Origin: Protoeuglena noctilucae
Lineage: Eukaryota
Length of the DNA: 64,000 nt
NCBI GenBank assembly: GCA_958009085.1
Contig: OY253675.1
Span: 744,001 to 808,000, forward strand
Direction of reading: 5' to 3'
A program made the position numbers and the translations under genes. The notes under the pieces are model-generated. The model was given only the letters and a program-made list of their open reading frames with translations, was not told the DNA's origin and did not search any database. This document shows, in pieces, positions 11,779 to 24,177 of this stretch (the stretch's first letter is position 1; each line of letters begins with the position of its first letter).

Positions 11779-11960
11779 AGTCCGAGCATCGAGGTGTCTG
11801 TGAGGTGTCTGAGACTCTCTTTGCAACGTAGCTGCCGGTTGCGATGGGTAGAGTTGACTACGTGCTTTATTTGCACGCTTAGACCCTAGCGCTAGACCTA
11901 GCGCCTCTCTTGTCAACGACCCAACCTCGGTTCAAACCCCGCCTCGGACTCTTTTCTTTT
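11779..11960 (+). ncRNA. Candidate structured non-coding RNA (Pol III-like), family unassigned; may begin near 11710
   Basis: Nested helices (agtccgag/ctcggact, tcgaggt/acctcgg, tgggt/accca, gttgac/gtcaac) plus three hairpins. B-box-like GGTTCAAACC at 11929-11938, followed by multiple T4-T5 runs from 11952. Intergenic, with no credible ORF. Confidence 0.5.
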
Positions 11961-12661
11961 CCATGGGCTTTTCCCTTTTCTTTTTCGCTCTCTTTTTCGC
12001 TGGCGTGCCGCCCCGAGCCACGCCAACCGCGTGACAGCAGTGACTGTCACAGGCAGGCCAGTCTTGAGTGCTCGTGCGTGTCAAAGGTTAGCTGATGGGC
12101 GCAGTGAGTCAGGTATTAGCAGTGACGTGATAGGTCGTCACGCAGTGACGCAGGCGACTCAACACCTGTTGCATTGCCACCATACGGCGAGGCACGTGCC
12201 TTGTCCATCGTCTCGCAGCTCCCTTCACAAAGCTAGCTCGCGCTCTGTGAAGGCACGCGGCAGCAACCACGTGTCCCCTGGCAGCGGTGCAAGCGCAAAC
12301 TGCCACACACCGCGCATTCCAAACCCCCCCACACGCCCAAACCACGCAAACCCACCCCCCATCTATCCAGCTCAGACCCAACCAACCACCTCTCTCCACA
12401 TCCTCGCAACCCCTCCGCCCATCTCCAACCCTGCTTTTCTGTTCACCCACCGTTTGTCGACCCCCGCACCCCCGTCATACACCAGCGCACCGCACGTCAC
12501 CGTGGCTCTGTGACCCCACATGTGATCATGTGATCCCAAAAACGCATGGCTAGAGGGGATCGAACCGAGTCGCGGCGACGGACAGCGCGCGCGCGATTGC
12601 CGTGCCAGGCGACACGCCCCGACTGACGCCGGTCTGACGCCCTGATGCCAGGGGCGGCCCC

Positions 12662-14303
12662 TTAGGGGGCGATGACGAGGAGCGCCTGCCCCGGGAGCAC
12701 GGGCTCCGCGTTCTTGACGAGGATGTCCACCACGGTGCCAGAAACCTCCGCCTCGATCTCGTTCATCAGCTGCGAAGAGAAGACGGGGGGTGCGCTGAGT
12801 GTGGGCAGGTGCTCTGCAGTGGGCGTGGGAGGGGAGCGGCGAGGGAGCGCAGCTGCGTGGAGCCATGGGCAGGGCCATCCTTTCCAATCACCTAATCTCT
12901 CCTACACCCCCACTCTTCATGAATCAGCTCCCACCATATGCTCCACAGCACCCCTGACTCGCCTTCATGGCCTCAATGATGCAGATGGTCTGTCCCTTGG
13001 ACACACGGTCCCCGACCTTGACGAACGGAGCCTCCCCGGGCGCCGGCGTGGCGTAGTAGGTGCCGGCCATCGGGGAGGTGACCTCCATGCCACCCGCAGG
13101 CTGCGAGGACGGGCGATGCAAGCGTGAGAACACGCTGAGACAGTGGCGAAGACGAGACGCCCTGTGCGGGACGCGAGGGTGCGCGGCACGGGATGTCACC
13201 TTCGAGGGCTTGGCGGCGGGCGCGGGAGCGGGGCCGGCGGCGGCGGCGGCGGGGGCGGGAGCGGGAGCAGCGGGGGTGGGCGCAGCAGGGGCCATAGCCG
13301 GCGCCGACATGGCGGGCGCGGCGGCCTGCACGTACACGGGCTCCGCCTTGGCCAGCGCCTCCTTCTTCTGCGCAAAGGGAGAGCGCTGAAGGGGGTCTGC
13401 CGCGCCGACGGGCCCCGTGCGTGGCGCGGGCAAGGTCCATGCACTCCCGCGGGGGTGAGGGGTGCGGGCGCCCATCGCATCGCGCTCCGGACGGAGATGC
13501 GTGAAATGCATCCGTGGAGCACCTTGAGAACGAGGTTGAAGCGCTTGGAGGAGAGCTCGAGGTCCACGATATCCGTTTCGTTCACCTTCCTGCGCGCGCG
13601 GGCGGTGGCGGGGTTGATTCGCGAAGCCGAGTGCGGCAGTCCCACCGACGAACCCAACCAAACAGATCGGGGGGGGGCGGGGTGGCCCAACCTCCGCGCT
13701 TGCGGCGGAGGGAGCGAGGGGCCTCATGCCGAGCCTGGCATCGGCGCCTGCAGGGAGGCCCCCGGACGCCTGCCCCCCCGCATGGCCAAGATCGAATGCG
13801 ACTTGGTCGCTCACCGGATGATGTCCGCCAGCTCGTCAAAGTCGAGCGGGCCCGAGTAGGCCACCGAGGTTCCGTTCGAGGCGTGGTTCTCGGACTCGGC
13901 ACGCAAGACGGGACGACGCGACTGCAATGGGAGAACCACGAGAAAGCGCCGTGGGCTCCCCCGCGACGCCGAGCTGGACATCGCGCCTCGCCCGCAAGCC
14001 CACGGGGGGCGAGCCCGCGCACAGAGCCAGCATGGCGCGCGTCGATATCCAAAAAGGACATCGGAGACAAGAGATGGGCCCGAAGGGTCCCCGCGAGGCG
14101 CGGAGAACGGGATCACAGGCATCGGGCTCGGTGGGCGCGCGGGGAGGGAGTTTCGCGATGCCGATGGGCACATTTGTGTCCTCCATGGCAGAAGCGAATA
14201 CCGTCACCGAGCAGGTACAAGCACCACGCACCTGGGCCACGCCGCGCACCGGGCGGCACAGGGCCGCCGGCCGAAGGGCCATCAGGGACGCCGAGGCCGC
14301 CAT
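12662..14303 (-). CDS. accB: Plastid biotin carboxyl carrier protein of acetyl-CoA carboxylase (BCCP)
   Basis: Transit-like N-terminus, Ala/Pro linker, then VTSPMAGTYY...VKVGDRV...IIEAMK|LMNEIEAEVSGTV with the biotinylation motif EAMKL. 5 exons, the last intron GC-AG. Confidence 0.95.
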
Positions 14304-14498
14304 GGTCGCTCGCGAGAAGGTCAGTCAGGAACGGAGAGGGTCGGGGTGTTCGCTGGCTTCAACATTTTGCCAGGCCACTGACACGGCACTCCACCGACAC
14401 CCGGCGCTGGCTCCAGGGAGCCGTAACCAGCGCAGCTGACGGCCCTGGCGTCATCATGCCAGTCCCCGCGACCCGCACTGGCTGCTTGCGTGGCAGAC

Positions 14499-15460
14499 AT
14501 GGCTAGCATTTGCCGGCCACCACATGCACCACACGCGCGGACGGACGCTGCGCTCCGGCTCAGCCAAGGATGTAGCACCTCTGGCCGTGGCATTGCCCCG
14601 CGGGTCCGACCGCGGACCACGGTCCCAGCTCGCGTCGGCGTCCTCGGAGTCGCGGCCCTGCCCGAAATGGACTTGGCAGGCGCCCCTGCGGTGGCAGTCG
14701 CTGCTTTTGAGCCGCGGGCCGATACGGGGGCGCTCGTTTCCATGGCCGTCGTGCTGGCCGCGACGGGCGGCGCAGCCTGGTTCTGGTGGGCCGTGCTGGT
14801 GCCCTCGGAGCGTGCGTCGGTGGGCCGATCCAAGCGCATGGGTGCGCTGGGGCAGTACCTGGACGACCTCGAAAACAGCGAGGGCCGCAGCCTGGAGCGG
14901 TGGTTCTACACAGACTGGCTGCGGCAGCGCAGGTGCGTGGCCTCGGCAGGGTCCTGGGCTGGCCCGTGCGTGCGACGCTGACCTGACCTGGTGGCGCATC
15001 TCTTTGCTCTCTGCATGCATCTCTTCTGCAAGAGAAGATGATAGAGTAAAGTGGAGGTGCAAGTTGAAGAGCTCTGTGGGACTGGTCGGCTCGCAGGGCC
15101 CGTGAGGAGCGGCGCAGGGGCAGCCGAGGCGGTGACGAGGGCGCAGAGCGTGCGGGGGATGGGATTGCCGAGGAGGCGCGGGGCTACGTCGAGGAGGGTC
15201 CGGGGAGCAGGTGAGGGGCTGCGAGATTGATTGCGACCGGGATGCGGGATGCACATTATTCAGTGCAGTGCGGTGGGTCACCGTGGAGTGTGTCGCACAG
15301 CATTCTCAGACCACACCGTCGGGTTCGCAGGAACGAGCTGGAGCCGTCTTTCAATACCCCGATGCCCTCGTTCTTCAGCCTGGACAACCCGATCATCGTC
15401 GTCTCTGCGCTGGTGGCATGCGCCAGCGTGGTGGCTGGCCTCTCCAGGGCCCTTCAATGA
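14499..15460 (+). CDS. Unknown membrane protein with transit-peptide-like N-terminus and two hydrophobic segments
   Basis: 3 exons. TM-like LVSMAVVLAATGGAAWFWWAVLV and FFSLDNPIIVVSALVACASVVAGL; motif RSLERWFYTDWL. Confidence 0.65.
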
Positions 15461-15562
15461 GCATCGGATGTCGACGCAAGGATCAACACACGGCTGGGGC
15501 GTGTATAGGTCTTTTGGCAACCATTGGACTGGGCTAGATTCGATTGCAGCCGTCTCCAATTG

Positions 15563-17732
15563 TCATGGCGGGAGGCGACGCGAGCGTACGACCGTCGGCA
15601 CCCTGCGGACGAGCTCCTTGTCCACCAGAGCGGCGAGCGCCCGAACGCCCTGCGAAGAAGAACATCTCAATGGACCCAGTCAGCGTAACGGACACTTTGG
15701 CTTTCGCTTGCTCTGTCGCTTGATCACGGCTAACGCCATCATAGCTGACTCCAAAGCATAACAGTGTGCTCCCCTTGACACCCACCTCGGCATCCGCCTT
15801 GGCCTCGAGCCATGCCCGCACGTCCCGGGCCGTGGGCCGATTCTCGAGTTCCTCCCGCAACCCCTCCAGCTCCCGAGCCACCCCGCTCCACTCCCTCCGC
15901 GTCATAGCCTGCAGGGTCACGCCGCATTGCCAGACATGATGGCCCATTGCTAGCGGGTTAGCCCATGTCTAATATCTTCCCCGAGCATGACGCCCACTCT
16001 GCTCGCCTGTGCCAGAGACCGCTCGACCGCCTCCTCCAATGCAGCCACTCGCGTGCCCTGCTGGCGCATCTCATCTCTCGCACCGTCCACCCGAGGTGCC
16101 AAGCGCCGCACTCCCTCTGCCGCGCCGTCCACCTCAGTAGCCACCCGCCGCACCTCATCGCGCAAGTCGCGCATCCCCGCCATCTCTGCCATCGCCTGCC
16201 GCGCGTCGCCCCGAGCTGCCGCCACCTCCGTGGCCATCTCGCCCAGCCGCTCCCGCAGCCCTGCCAGCGCCTGCCCCTGCGCGCGCACCTCCTCCCGCAA
16301 CGCCCCCACTGCGCCATCCGCCTCGTCCCACCGCTTGGCATGGCTCTCTGCCGACGCATGCAGGCTCTCCAGGGACGCCTGCGCGACACACAGCCAAGCC
16401 CTAACTTGAAATGACATCAAGTCGCCCATGCAAGCCGTGCGCATCTCTTTTCGCACAGCAGACTCATTCAGGTTGCACGGCTTGCACTCTCGGCAGCAAG
16501 CGAGGACCAGGGCACCTGGGCTTTCGTGGAGGTCGCGGCTAGCTTGTCGACGCTGGCGGAGAGGATCGACAGCTCCGTCGCCACCTCCTCGACGTTCGCT
16601 TTGGAGGCGAGACTCGCGGACAGCCGGCGCACCTCCTGCGCCTGCCCCTCCTGCTGGCGCACGTGGGGAGCCGCAGTGATGACATCGCCTGCTCTGTACT
16701 GCCAGCCACGCATGGCGCATCGCACGTGAGCTCGTTACCTGCTCTCCCCTGAGGCGGCCCAGGGACCCCTCGCACGCCCCCACGTCGCGCCGGGCCTGGG
16801 CGACGGCCTCCGACAGCACGTCCAGCGTCGCCCCCGCCGTCCGCAGCGCCTCCGCGGTCGCCGCGCTCTCCGTCTGCACCCGCCGGGCCAGCCGGGCCGC
16901 GTCCTTCTGCAGTCCCTGCACGCTGCGCTCCACCGGTGCCACCAGCTCGGCCGCCCGTGCCCGGGCGCTCGTCTCGACTCTCCGCTCCAATGTCTCCGCG
17001 TCTGCGCGGTGCTGTGCCAGTGACACCGTCTCGGATCTGAGGCGGGCCACGTCCGCGGTGTCGCACTTGCGCTCCACCACCTCACGCAAAGCGCCCATGT
17101 CCGCTGCCATGTGGGTGCTGTGGGGAACGTCGACGCGAGGACCCTCATGACATGCCGCCAGGAGGCGTGGCGGCGAGAGATGATCACGTCAAGCAAGGTC
17201 CGCAGCCTGAGCCACGAGTGTGCCATGTACTCGCCTCGCCGCATCCACGCGTTGCTGCAGTGTGTCCACCATGCGCTCCACCTGCACCCGCTCGGCCTTC
17301 GCGTGCACCTGCCGGCTGACCTCCGCGATCTCCCGCTGCATCCTGGTGCTCACGGCGGCCTCGCTTTCGGCGACCAGCGCCTGCGGCCGCAATGCATGTT
17401 CTGTGCTCAGTCAAAGGCTGTGGTTTGTTGACACTGCGCCCGCCAACCTCCCCCGACCGCACCTTCATCTTGCGGTCCGCCTGAAGGCTCGCTTCGCTTG
17501 ATGCATGGACGAAACTCTCCTCCAGGGCGCGCATCTGTGCCTCGAATGTCACGCGCGTGGGGCGAGCCGCAATCTCCTCCTCCAGCGCCGCGATGCGACT
17601 GGCCTGGCCAAGCACGATCTCGTGAAGCGCTTTGATGGAATTCCGGACCACGTCCGAGATGTTCCTCCACTCGTTTTCGGGGGCCAGGGCCGCAGCCAGG
17701 TCAGGGGCCGCGACGCCGGGGATGAGCGCCAT
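15563..17732 (-). CDS. Long coiled-coil protein of unknown function
   Basis: N-terminus EWRNISDVVRNSIKALHEIV followed by heptad-rich exons with KAD/KAN-type motifs; phase-compatible introns; TGA at 15563-15565. Confidence 0.7.
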
Positions 17733-18486
17733 GGCGCGTCAGGCACACTGTGAGTGGGGAAAGCGGGCTACTGCAGCTGTCGGCGACTACCCGCTACAAG
17801 CTCTCATTAGCGTCAATTTCGCTGTTTCTGATGACTCGTGCCAGTCAGTCATTTGTTGTTGAGCCTTGCTGAACAACGGTTTCTCGTCAATGCGCCTGCT
17901 AAAAATCCACCGCACTACGTCATAGATGAGCGAGGGTGCGCACCTAGACTCCTAGCATTTTGTCCACGACACCGAAGCGCTCCATCGCACGTAGCCTCGC
18001 GTAGCACGCGTCGCCGTCCACGTCCATCAAGCTTCCTTCGTTCACCGTGTTGTCTGTTATTGCGGAATAGGACAGATCCCTTGAGAGCAGGTCAGAGCGC
18101 GAGCGTGGGATCGCTGTGCCTGTGCGGAGTCTTCTGCATCGCCGGAGGCTCTGCATGACCTGCCCGTGGCGCATACATATCAAGATCGTTGGTGTCTAGT
18201 GCACTAACGGTGTCCGCTGTCCAATCGTGCAGCGCCGCAGCCCGCGGCCCCCATTCACTGTGCGTGTGTGGACGCAGGCCCTCCTGCGCGACCTGGGCTC
18301 AGGCTCGCCAGGGAAGAACCAGGAAGGCATATCTAAGTCACGATGGACGCGAGGGCACGAGAAAAGGGCATTCTGCCGACAGGTTTCGTCTGCTGGGCCG
18401 GAGATTCCTCGGATGATATTTTTGGGGCGACGCGCGTTTTCAGATCGAGCAACACGAATTGTGATCGATATTGCCCTGTTCCGCAG

Positions 18487-19626
18487 CGCGTGCGGAGCCC
18501 CCTCGGCGATGGTGGCGTCCCCTGGAGGAGGCGTTGCGCCTGCTGGGGTCGCGGTGGGGAGCGATGCTGGCGCTGGCACTGGTGGCCACGCTTTGGCTCG
18601 GCAGGCAGGCAGGTGAGGCAGTCCCGACGCCGCAGCCGTGCTGGCTCAGCAAGGTAGTGACGCCTGACAGGAGGCGCAACACATGCGTGCTCCCACCCCT
18701 GTTGTCACCACCTGCCCCCTGCACCCCTCCCCTGGCCTCCAGGGACGTTGTACGAGAGCACGAGCAAGTCGTCGCTCTTATACGGGGCTGCCGGGCGCAA
18801 CGACCGCCTGGTGATTGAGTGGGAGCGGCAGCGTGCGCGTGCCCCGGGTGCGCCCAAGGTCCTGGTGGCGCAGACAGTGGCCAATGGGCCGTACCTTCCC
18901 CTGCTAGAGACGAGCCGGCCGGCGAACAAGGCCTACGCCATGGCAGCGGGGTACGACTACATGTCACTGGTGAGGGGCGGATGAGCGCGCGAGCGGCAGT
19001 CCATGCGCGGTGACTGTGTGATGGCTTGGACCGCATGTGTATGACATCCACAGCGAGAGGTCGCTCTATTGTCTCCGCAGGTCGGCGTGGCGTACGGCCG
19101 CGCGGGTCAGCTCTCGACCTTCAACAAGGTCTTCATCCTGGACATGCTCGTCAGGCAGGGCGAGTACGACGTGGTGTTTTACCTGGATGCCGACGCGCTG
19201 GTGGTCAACCCGGCCTTCCGGGTCGAGGACGTGGCCCCCGGCTGGGCCATGCTGACGGCGTGCCAGGGCGGTACGAGCGCCACGTGGAATATGAACATCG
19301 GGGTGTTCATTTGGAACCTGCGACACCCGCGCACGCCGTCGTTCGTGGCGGCGTGGCGTGACGCCTCCGTCCGGGCCATCTGGTGGAATCGCAAGGACGA
19401 TCAGAACATCATCCACCGCTTGCTGCGGGAGATGCCGGAGGACGAGCGTGCGGGGATGGTGGACCTCAAGACAGGGCCCGAGTACGACCTGTTCAACTAC
19501 AGCGGGCCCAACGTGTACCACTTCATGCGGGAGTCGAGCCGGGACTGGACGGGCAACAGCGTGGAGGGCCGCGTGCAGCACATGCAGGCCATCATACGCG
19601 ACAAGAACCTGCCGACGCTAGACTGA
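18487..19626 (+). CDS. Type II membrane glycosyltransferase, GT34 (GMA12/MNN10)-like; upstream exon(s) likely near 18278 and earlier
   Basis: Signal anchor AMLALALVATLWL; NKAYAMAAGYDY, FNKV, VFYLDADALVVN (DxD), MNIGVFIW and DDQ motifs. TGTAA lies about 75 nt after the stop. Confidence 0.8.
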
Positions 19627-19821
19627 GTCAGTGGGGTAGCGTGCTGCTGTAGCGAGTGCATTCTAAGGTCTTGCTGATGTCTCTGGCGGCATAAAGGAGC
19701 TTGTAAAGAGGTACTTGGTCTCATCAACAGATCATCAGAGACACGCGGCGAGCGGCGGCGGTCTGCTGAGCTGATATGGAGGGCTGCGCTTGAGGGGAGG
19801 GCGTGGCACGGTGGCGCGGGA

Positions 19822-22800
19822 ATGTCTGAAGCCGAGATGTCTGGTGGGCCCCCGCCAAGCCCGCTCGAGAAGTGCCTGGAGCTCATCAGCTGCCCGAGCG
19901 ATGAGCGCAAGATGGTCGGGCTCCTGCTGGCCACCAAGGTCCTCAAAAGGTGTGTCCGCGCTACAAGTGCATTCTATACCATAAGAAGTAATTGATGTAT
20001 TGACGACAGCTCGGGATTTCTCGCGCTCGCGCCACCGGGCGAGCGAGTAGCGACGCTCGTGCAGCGCTGTCGATCGAGTCGCTCCTGGAGATATGCCGCG
20101 TGCAGGACAGTGCGATGGATGTATGTTGATACCAGCTGGGTCATGGTGATCGCAGGGATGACGAGAGCTCGCTGAGGCTCGTGCGGGAGGCGACGGGCCG
20201 CTTCCTGGACCGCTTGCTGCTGCCGCTCCCGCGCGACCGCGGCTACGACACGCAGGAGCTGCTGGCGAAAGAAGCTTTGAACAGGTGCGCTGTTTCATGC
20301 TGTGGGATGAGCCTCGGCGGGGCAAGAGATCCTCGACAGGACTCCCCGCAGCACAGCTGTGGATTCTGCGCCCTTCCGTGGCTGGCGCAGGTCCCTGGCC
20401 CTCGCCGTCCTGGCGGCGTTCTCGACGCTCCCGGACGCCAGCGATTCGTTGGCGCGGAAGGCCCAGACGATCTGCGAGGTGCTGCAGCGAGGGTCGACGG
20501 TGCTTCCCCAGCCGGGCGATGCTCCCGACGCCGTGCGCATCGCCACGGCCGCCGCCGCCGCCGCGCAGGACGACTCCGCGACGCAGGACGCCGCGGAGTG
20601 CCTCGCCGCGCTCTGCTCTGCTGGTCCCGGGGAGACGCGCGCTGCGGTGGCAGCGGGGGCCGTCCCCGCAGCTGCACAGCACCTGAGCCGGGAGGTGGGC
20701 TGGTGGGAGGACCCGCAACGTCGGCATCTAGGGGCGCAGGAACCGGCGGGCTCTTTGCACGAGGTCTATGCCGGGCGGCGTGGGCGCGTGGAGCGGTCGC
20801 TGCAGCTGCTGACGATGCTGTTGGCGGGGACTCAGTTTGGGAACAGAGGCGCAGACGGGAAGCAGCGGCCGGGCGAGGACGCGGCCGGGTCGCCGGAGCT
20901 GTCGGATCGCGACGTGCGGAGCCTGGCCGCAGCAATGCGGCCGTTGGGGTGGTGCTTGGCGAGGGGCGATGCGGCGGCAAGGGGCGACCCGGCGTGGCCT
21001 GCCGAGGTGGCGGTACCGCTGCAGTTGCAGGCGGTGTCAGCGACGCAGCTGACCCTGGATGCCCTGCTGTCCGGGAGCCACTCCTTGCACCCCACCACGC
21101 AAGGCGATACAGGCTTGCTGCGGGCAGGGGTGGCGTCCATGCTGCGCGGCCGGGGGACGCCTGGGGTGCGCCACGCGGGGATACGGCTGGCGGCGGCGGC
21201 TGCGGGGCTGTTCGGGGCCGGGTGGCTGGCTGGTGGGGGTGCGGGGGGCGACGTGGGAGCTGGGGTGCTTCTGGGGGCCGTGGCGGAGGTGCTGCGAGTG
21301 GAGGTCAGCTTGCTGCTGAACGACGCACTGGACCCTGACCAGCCCGTGCCTGACCCGTTCGGCCTGCCGCTGTGGCAGGGCGCGGGGGCGCAGGGCGGCA
21401 ACCAGGGCGACCGTGGCAACGACGGAGGAGGGGGGAGCAATGGTGGGGGTGGCAGCCAGGGCGACGGTCTCGGGCCTCTCCCGGGTAAGCCGATGCCAAG
21501 ATTGATTGTAACTAACAGCGCGGGTTTGCTGGTCAATCTGCACTGACAGTAGCACTGATACTGCGAGTGTACAAGGGCAGGCGTACTGTGCCCATCACCC
21601 ACTGGACCTCGTTGGTTGCTCTCCAAAGCACGACTATCTACTTCTCGATGTACTTTCATCGCCCGCAGCTCCCAAGGCGCCGATAGCACCCAGCGACGAG
21701 GGCGTGCAGGGCAAGGGAGGCTTCCGACAGGGCACGGTCAGAGCGGGGGACCGGGCAAGAGTCCTCCTGCCGCCCTGCCTGGCCCTCTTTGAGGCATCCG
21801 TGGAGGCACTCGCGAGCGACCAGAGCAACGAGAGCGAAGAGGGGCCAGGCATGGTGGCTGACACTGGGGCAGTGACTGCACTAGACCCGGCCGTAGCATC
21901 GACGGTGCTGCGGTGTCTGGGCGACGCGTGCGGGTCGCTTCTGGAGTTCCTGGCGCGCGTGCGGGGCGGCGGGGCTCCCGGGGCGTCGTTCGGGGCCGGG
22001 GCGGACGTGACGGGGTCGCGGGTGGTGCTGGGGGTGGCACGGGCGGCGGGGCGCTTTCTGGCAGACTGTCCCCAGGTGGGTGGGTGATGGGCGAAGAGTT
22101 GGGGTTTTGAATGCAAGGAGTGTTGGATGAATGTTTTCACCAAACGGCGTGGGGGCACTGCACGTGGGGACACCGTGTGCGATTGCAGGGCCAGAGCTAC
22201 CCCAACCAGCATTGGCGTCGCTGCATCTCTCCTGCGTGCGCCTGTTGTCGTATTCCCTGCTTTGCCGCATCCCTGCCCCGTTGCCACCCCCGCAGGCCCA
22301 CCGCAAGGCTTTCCTGGCGGCCATCCCTGCAGCGGCGTCGCTCACGTCTGCGGGACCGGGGCAGAGGGCGCCTGCCGTGCCAGAGGGACTGCGGTTCTTC
22401 CTGCCTGCCATCGCCCAGGTGTGCAGTGGGTGCAGTAGTGCTGCAAGGCTGGCCAGAATGACGGTGCGGTCAAGTGCAGGGCTGGCACACTGCTGGGGCA
22501 CACGCAATGACAGGTTTGCTTCTCCTCTCAGATTGCTGCGGAGTGTGACCCATCTGGGCCCGTGGGTGCGCGGTCGCTGCTGGAGGCGGGGGTGGCAGCC
22601 GTGTTGCTGAAGGCAGTCAGGTGACTGGTTGATGGTGTGAGCATGGACAGCAGTGCATGAGCCATGCCGTGTCTGTCAGCCACAGCCCGACCACCCGACC
22701 TGCCCCGCAGTCACGGCTGTGGAGAGCTCTCGTCGGCACTGCGCCGTCTGTCTAAGCCTGCTAACAGTTACGCCCTCGAGGCGCCGCTGCAGTGGAGGGA

Positions 22801-23950
22801 GCGGCAGAAGCGGGGTGACGCTGCGGATGGAAGCGGGGACACGAGCGATGCGACGCTACCAGGTGAGCCAGGTTGCCGTCCAAAACTTGGAGGGTGGTAA
22901 CTTTGATGTGTCGGATTGCCAGTGTCTCTAATACTGTCGATGTCGAATGTCAGTCGTATGTCCCGCCCCTCGCAGTGGACGAGGACCTGGTGATGGTGCT
23001 GGAGGGCGCAGCGGCGCTGGGGAGCGTGTGCGGCGTGTGCGTGGACGTGCTGCACGGGGCGGGGTCGGTTCGCGCGATGCGTTCGGTGGCTGCGGAGGTG
23101 CAGGGGGCGTGCAGGGGACTGTCGCAGCTCTGGGCGGCTGCCGAGAGGGCGCGGGAGGCCGCAGAGGCGGGAGACCTTTTGGCAAAGGCAGCACACGCCA
23201 CCGTCAGGTGAGCTACTAAGTGTATATAGTGGCCATACACGTGACACAGTGGGCAGCTGGGCTGGGACAGCTGAGGACAGCTGTTGGGGAGTACTAGTGT
23301 TTAGACATCTACCGCGATGTGGTTGTTTGAACATCCATTCGGGCCAATGTGCTTGATAGGGGCGACCGTAGCAGTCCGGCCCGTCATGGCGCGCCGTGAC
23401 CACCTCACACACAGGGCGGCTTTCACGGGGGCAGCCGTGGTGGAGATGGGCTGCCTGGCGTCGTGGTCGATGGCTGTGATGCTCGAGGCGGGGATATGGC
23501 GGGGCGCGGGGGACGGTGATGGTGTCACCATCGATGCGGTCATGGCCATGGCAGGAACAGCGATGGCTGCAGCCGTGGACCAGGCTGCCCAGGTGCGTGG
23601 GAGCGGTGGCCACGATCCGGGCATGGAGGGTGTTACGGATGTTACGGCTGTTACATACAATCAGAACAGCAGTACAGCAGTGCTTTACTTCAGTTATAGG
23701 AACGTGTTACTACTCACCCTGCTAGCCCCAGGTCGGCGACGATGGCGACGGCGACGACGAAGCATCCGCGGCTTTGTCGGGGCTGGAGATCCTCTCTGAG
23801 AGCCTGACGTCTGCCATACTGACGGCACCCGAGCTGAGGCGGGTTGCGGTGAACGCGCCTGGCCTGCGGGAGGCGGTGGTGCGGGGGGCGCGGAAGGGGC
23901 TGGTGCCGGTGCAGCTGCTGGCGGAGACGCTGGGATTGGAGAACGGTTGA
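19822..23950 (+). CDS. Neurochondrin-family ARM/HEAT protein
   Basis: N-terminus LEKCLELISCPSDERKMVGLLLATK...FLDRLL...LALAVLAAFS is typical of neurochondrin. About 9 introns; last exon ends LGLENG*. Confidence 0.8.
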
Positions 23951-24177
23951 TGGAGACTGGCAGGCTCGAGCTTTGAAACCTTCAGACAAAGCCATAGATT
24001 GTTTCAAACGGTCCTTGAGGAAAAACGAAAGACGCGGCTCCGCAGCACGTGCGTTTCTGTTCCACCGGGCTTGACTGGCAGCTCTAGGGACATCGCACGC
24101 GCAAAACCATCGATGCTTGCAACACCGCCCAAAGCTCACATGGCTACTGAAGACATGCGAGGAGCAGCGAGCGGCCT

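Noticed and set aside
11723..11880. U1 snRNA-like words (GTTACCTG, TTTGCAC) in the RNA candidate
   Set aside because: The spacing (about 145 nt) is wrong for U1, and there is no SL1 GAUCA loop or Sm site followed by a terminal hairpin.
11780..11950. Intron-containing or permuted tRNA
   Set aside because: Acceptor and T-loop spacing fit, but I could not build a D-arm, an anticodon arm or a bulge-helix-bulge junction.
17822..17880. C/D-box-like TGATGA...CTGA
   Set aside because: The boxes are only about 35-40 nt apart with a weak terminal stem and no recognisable rRNA guide.
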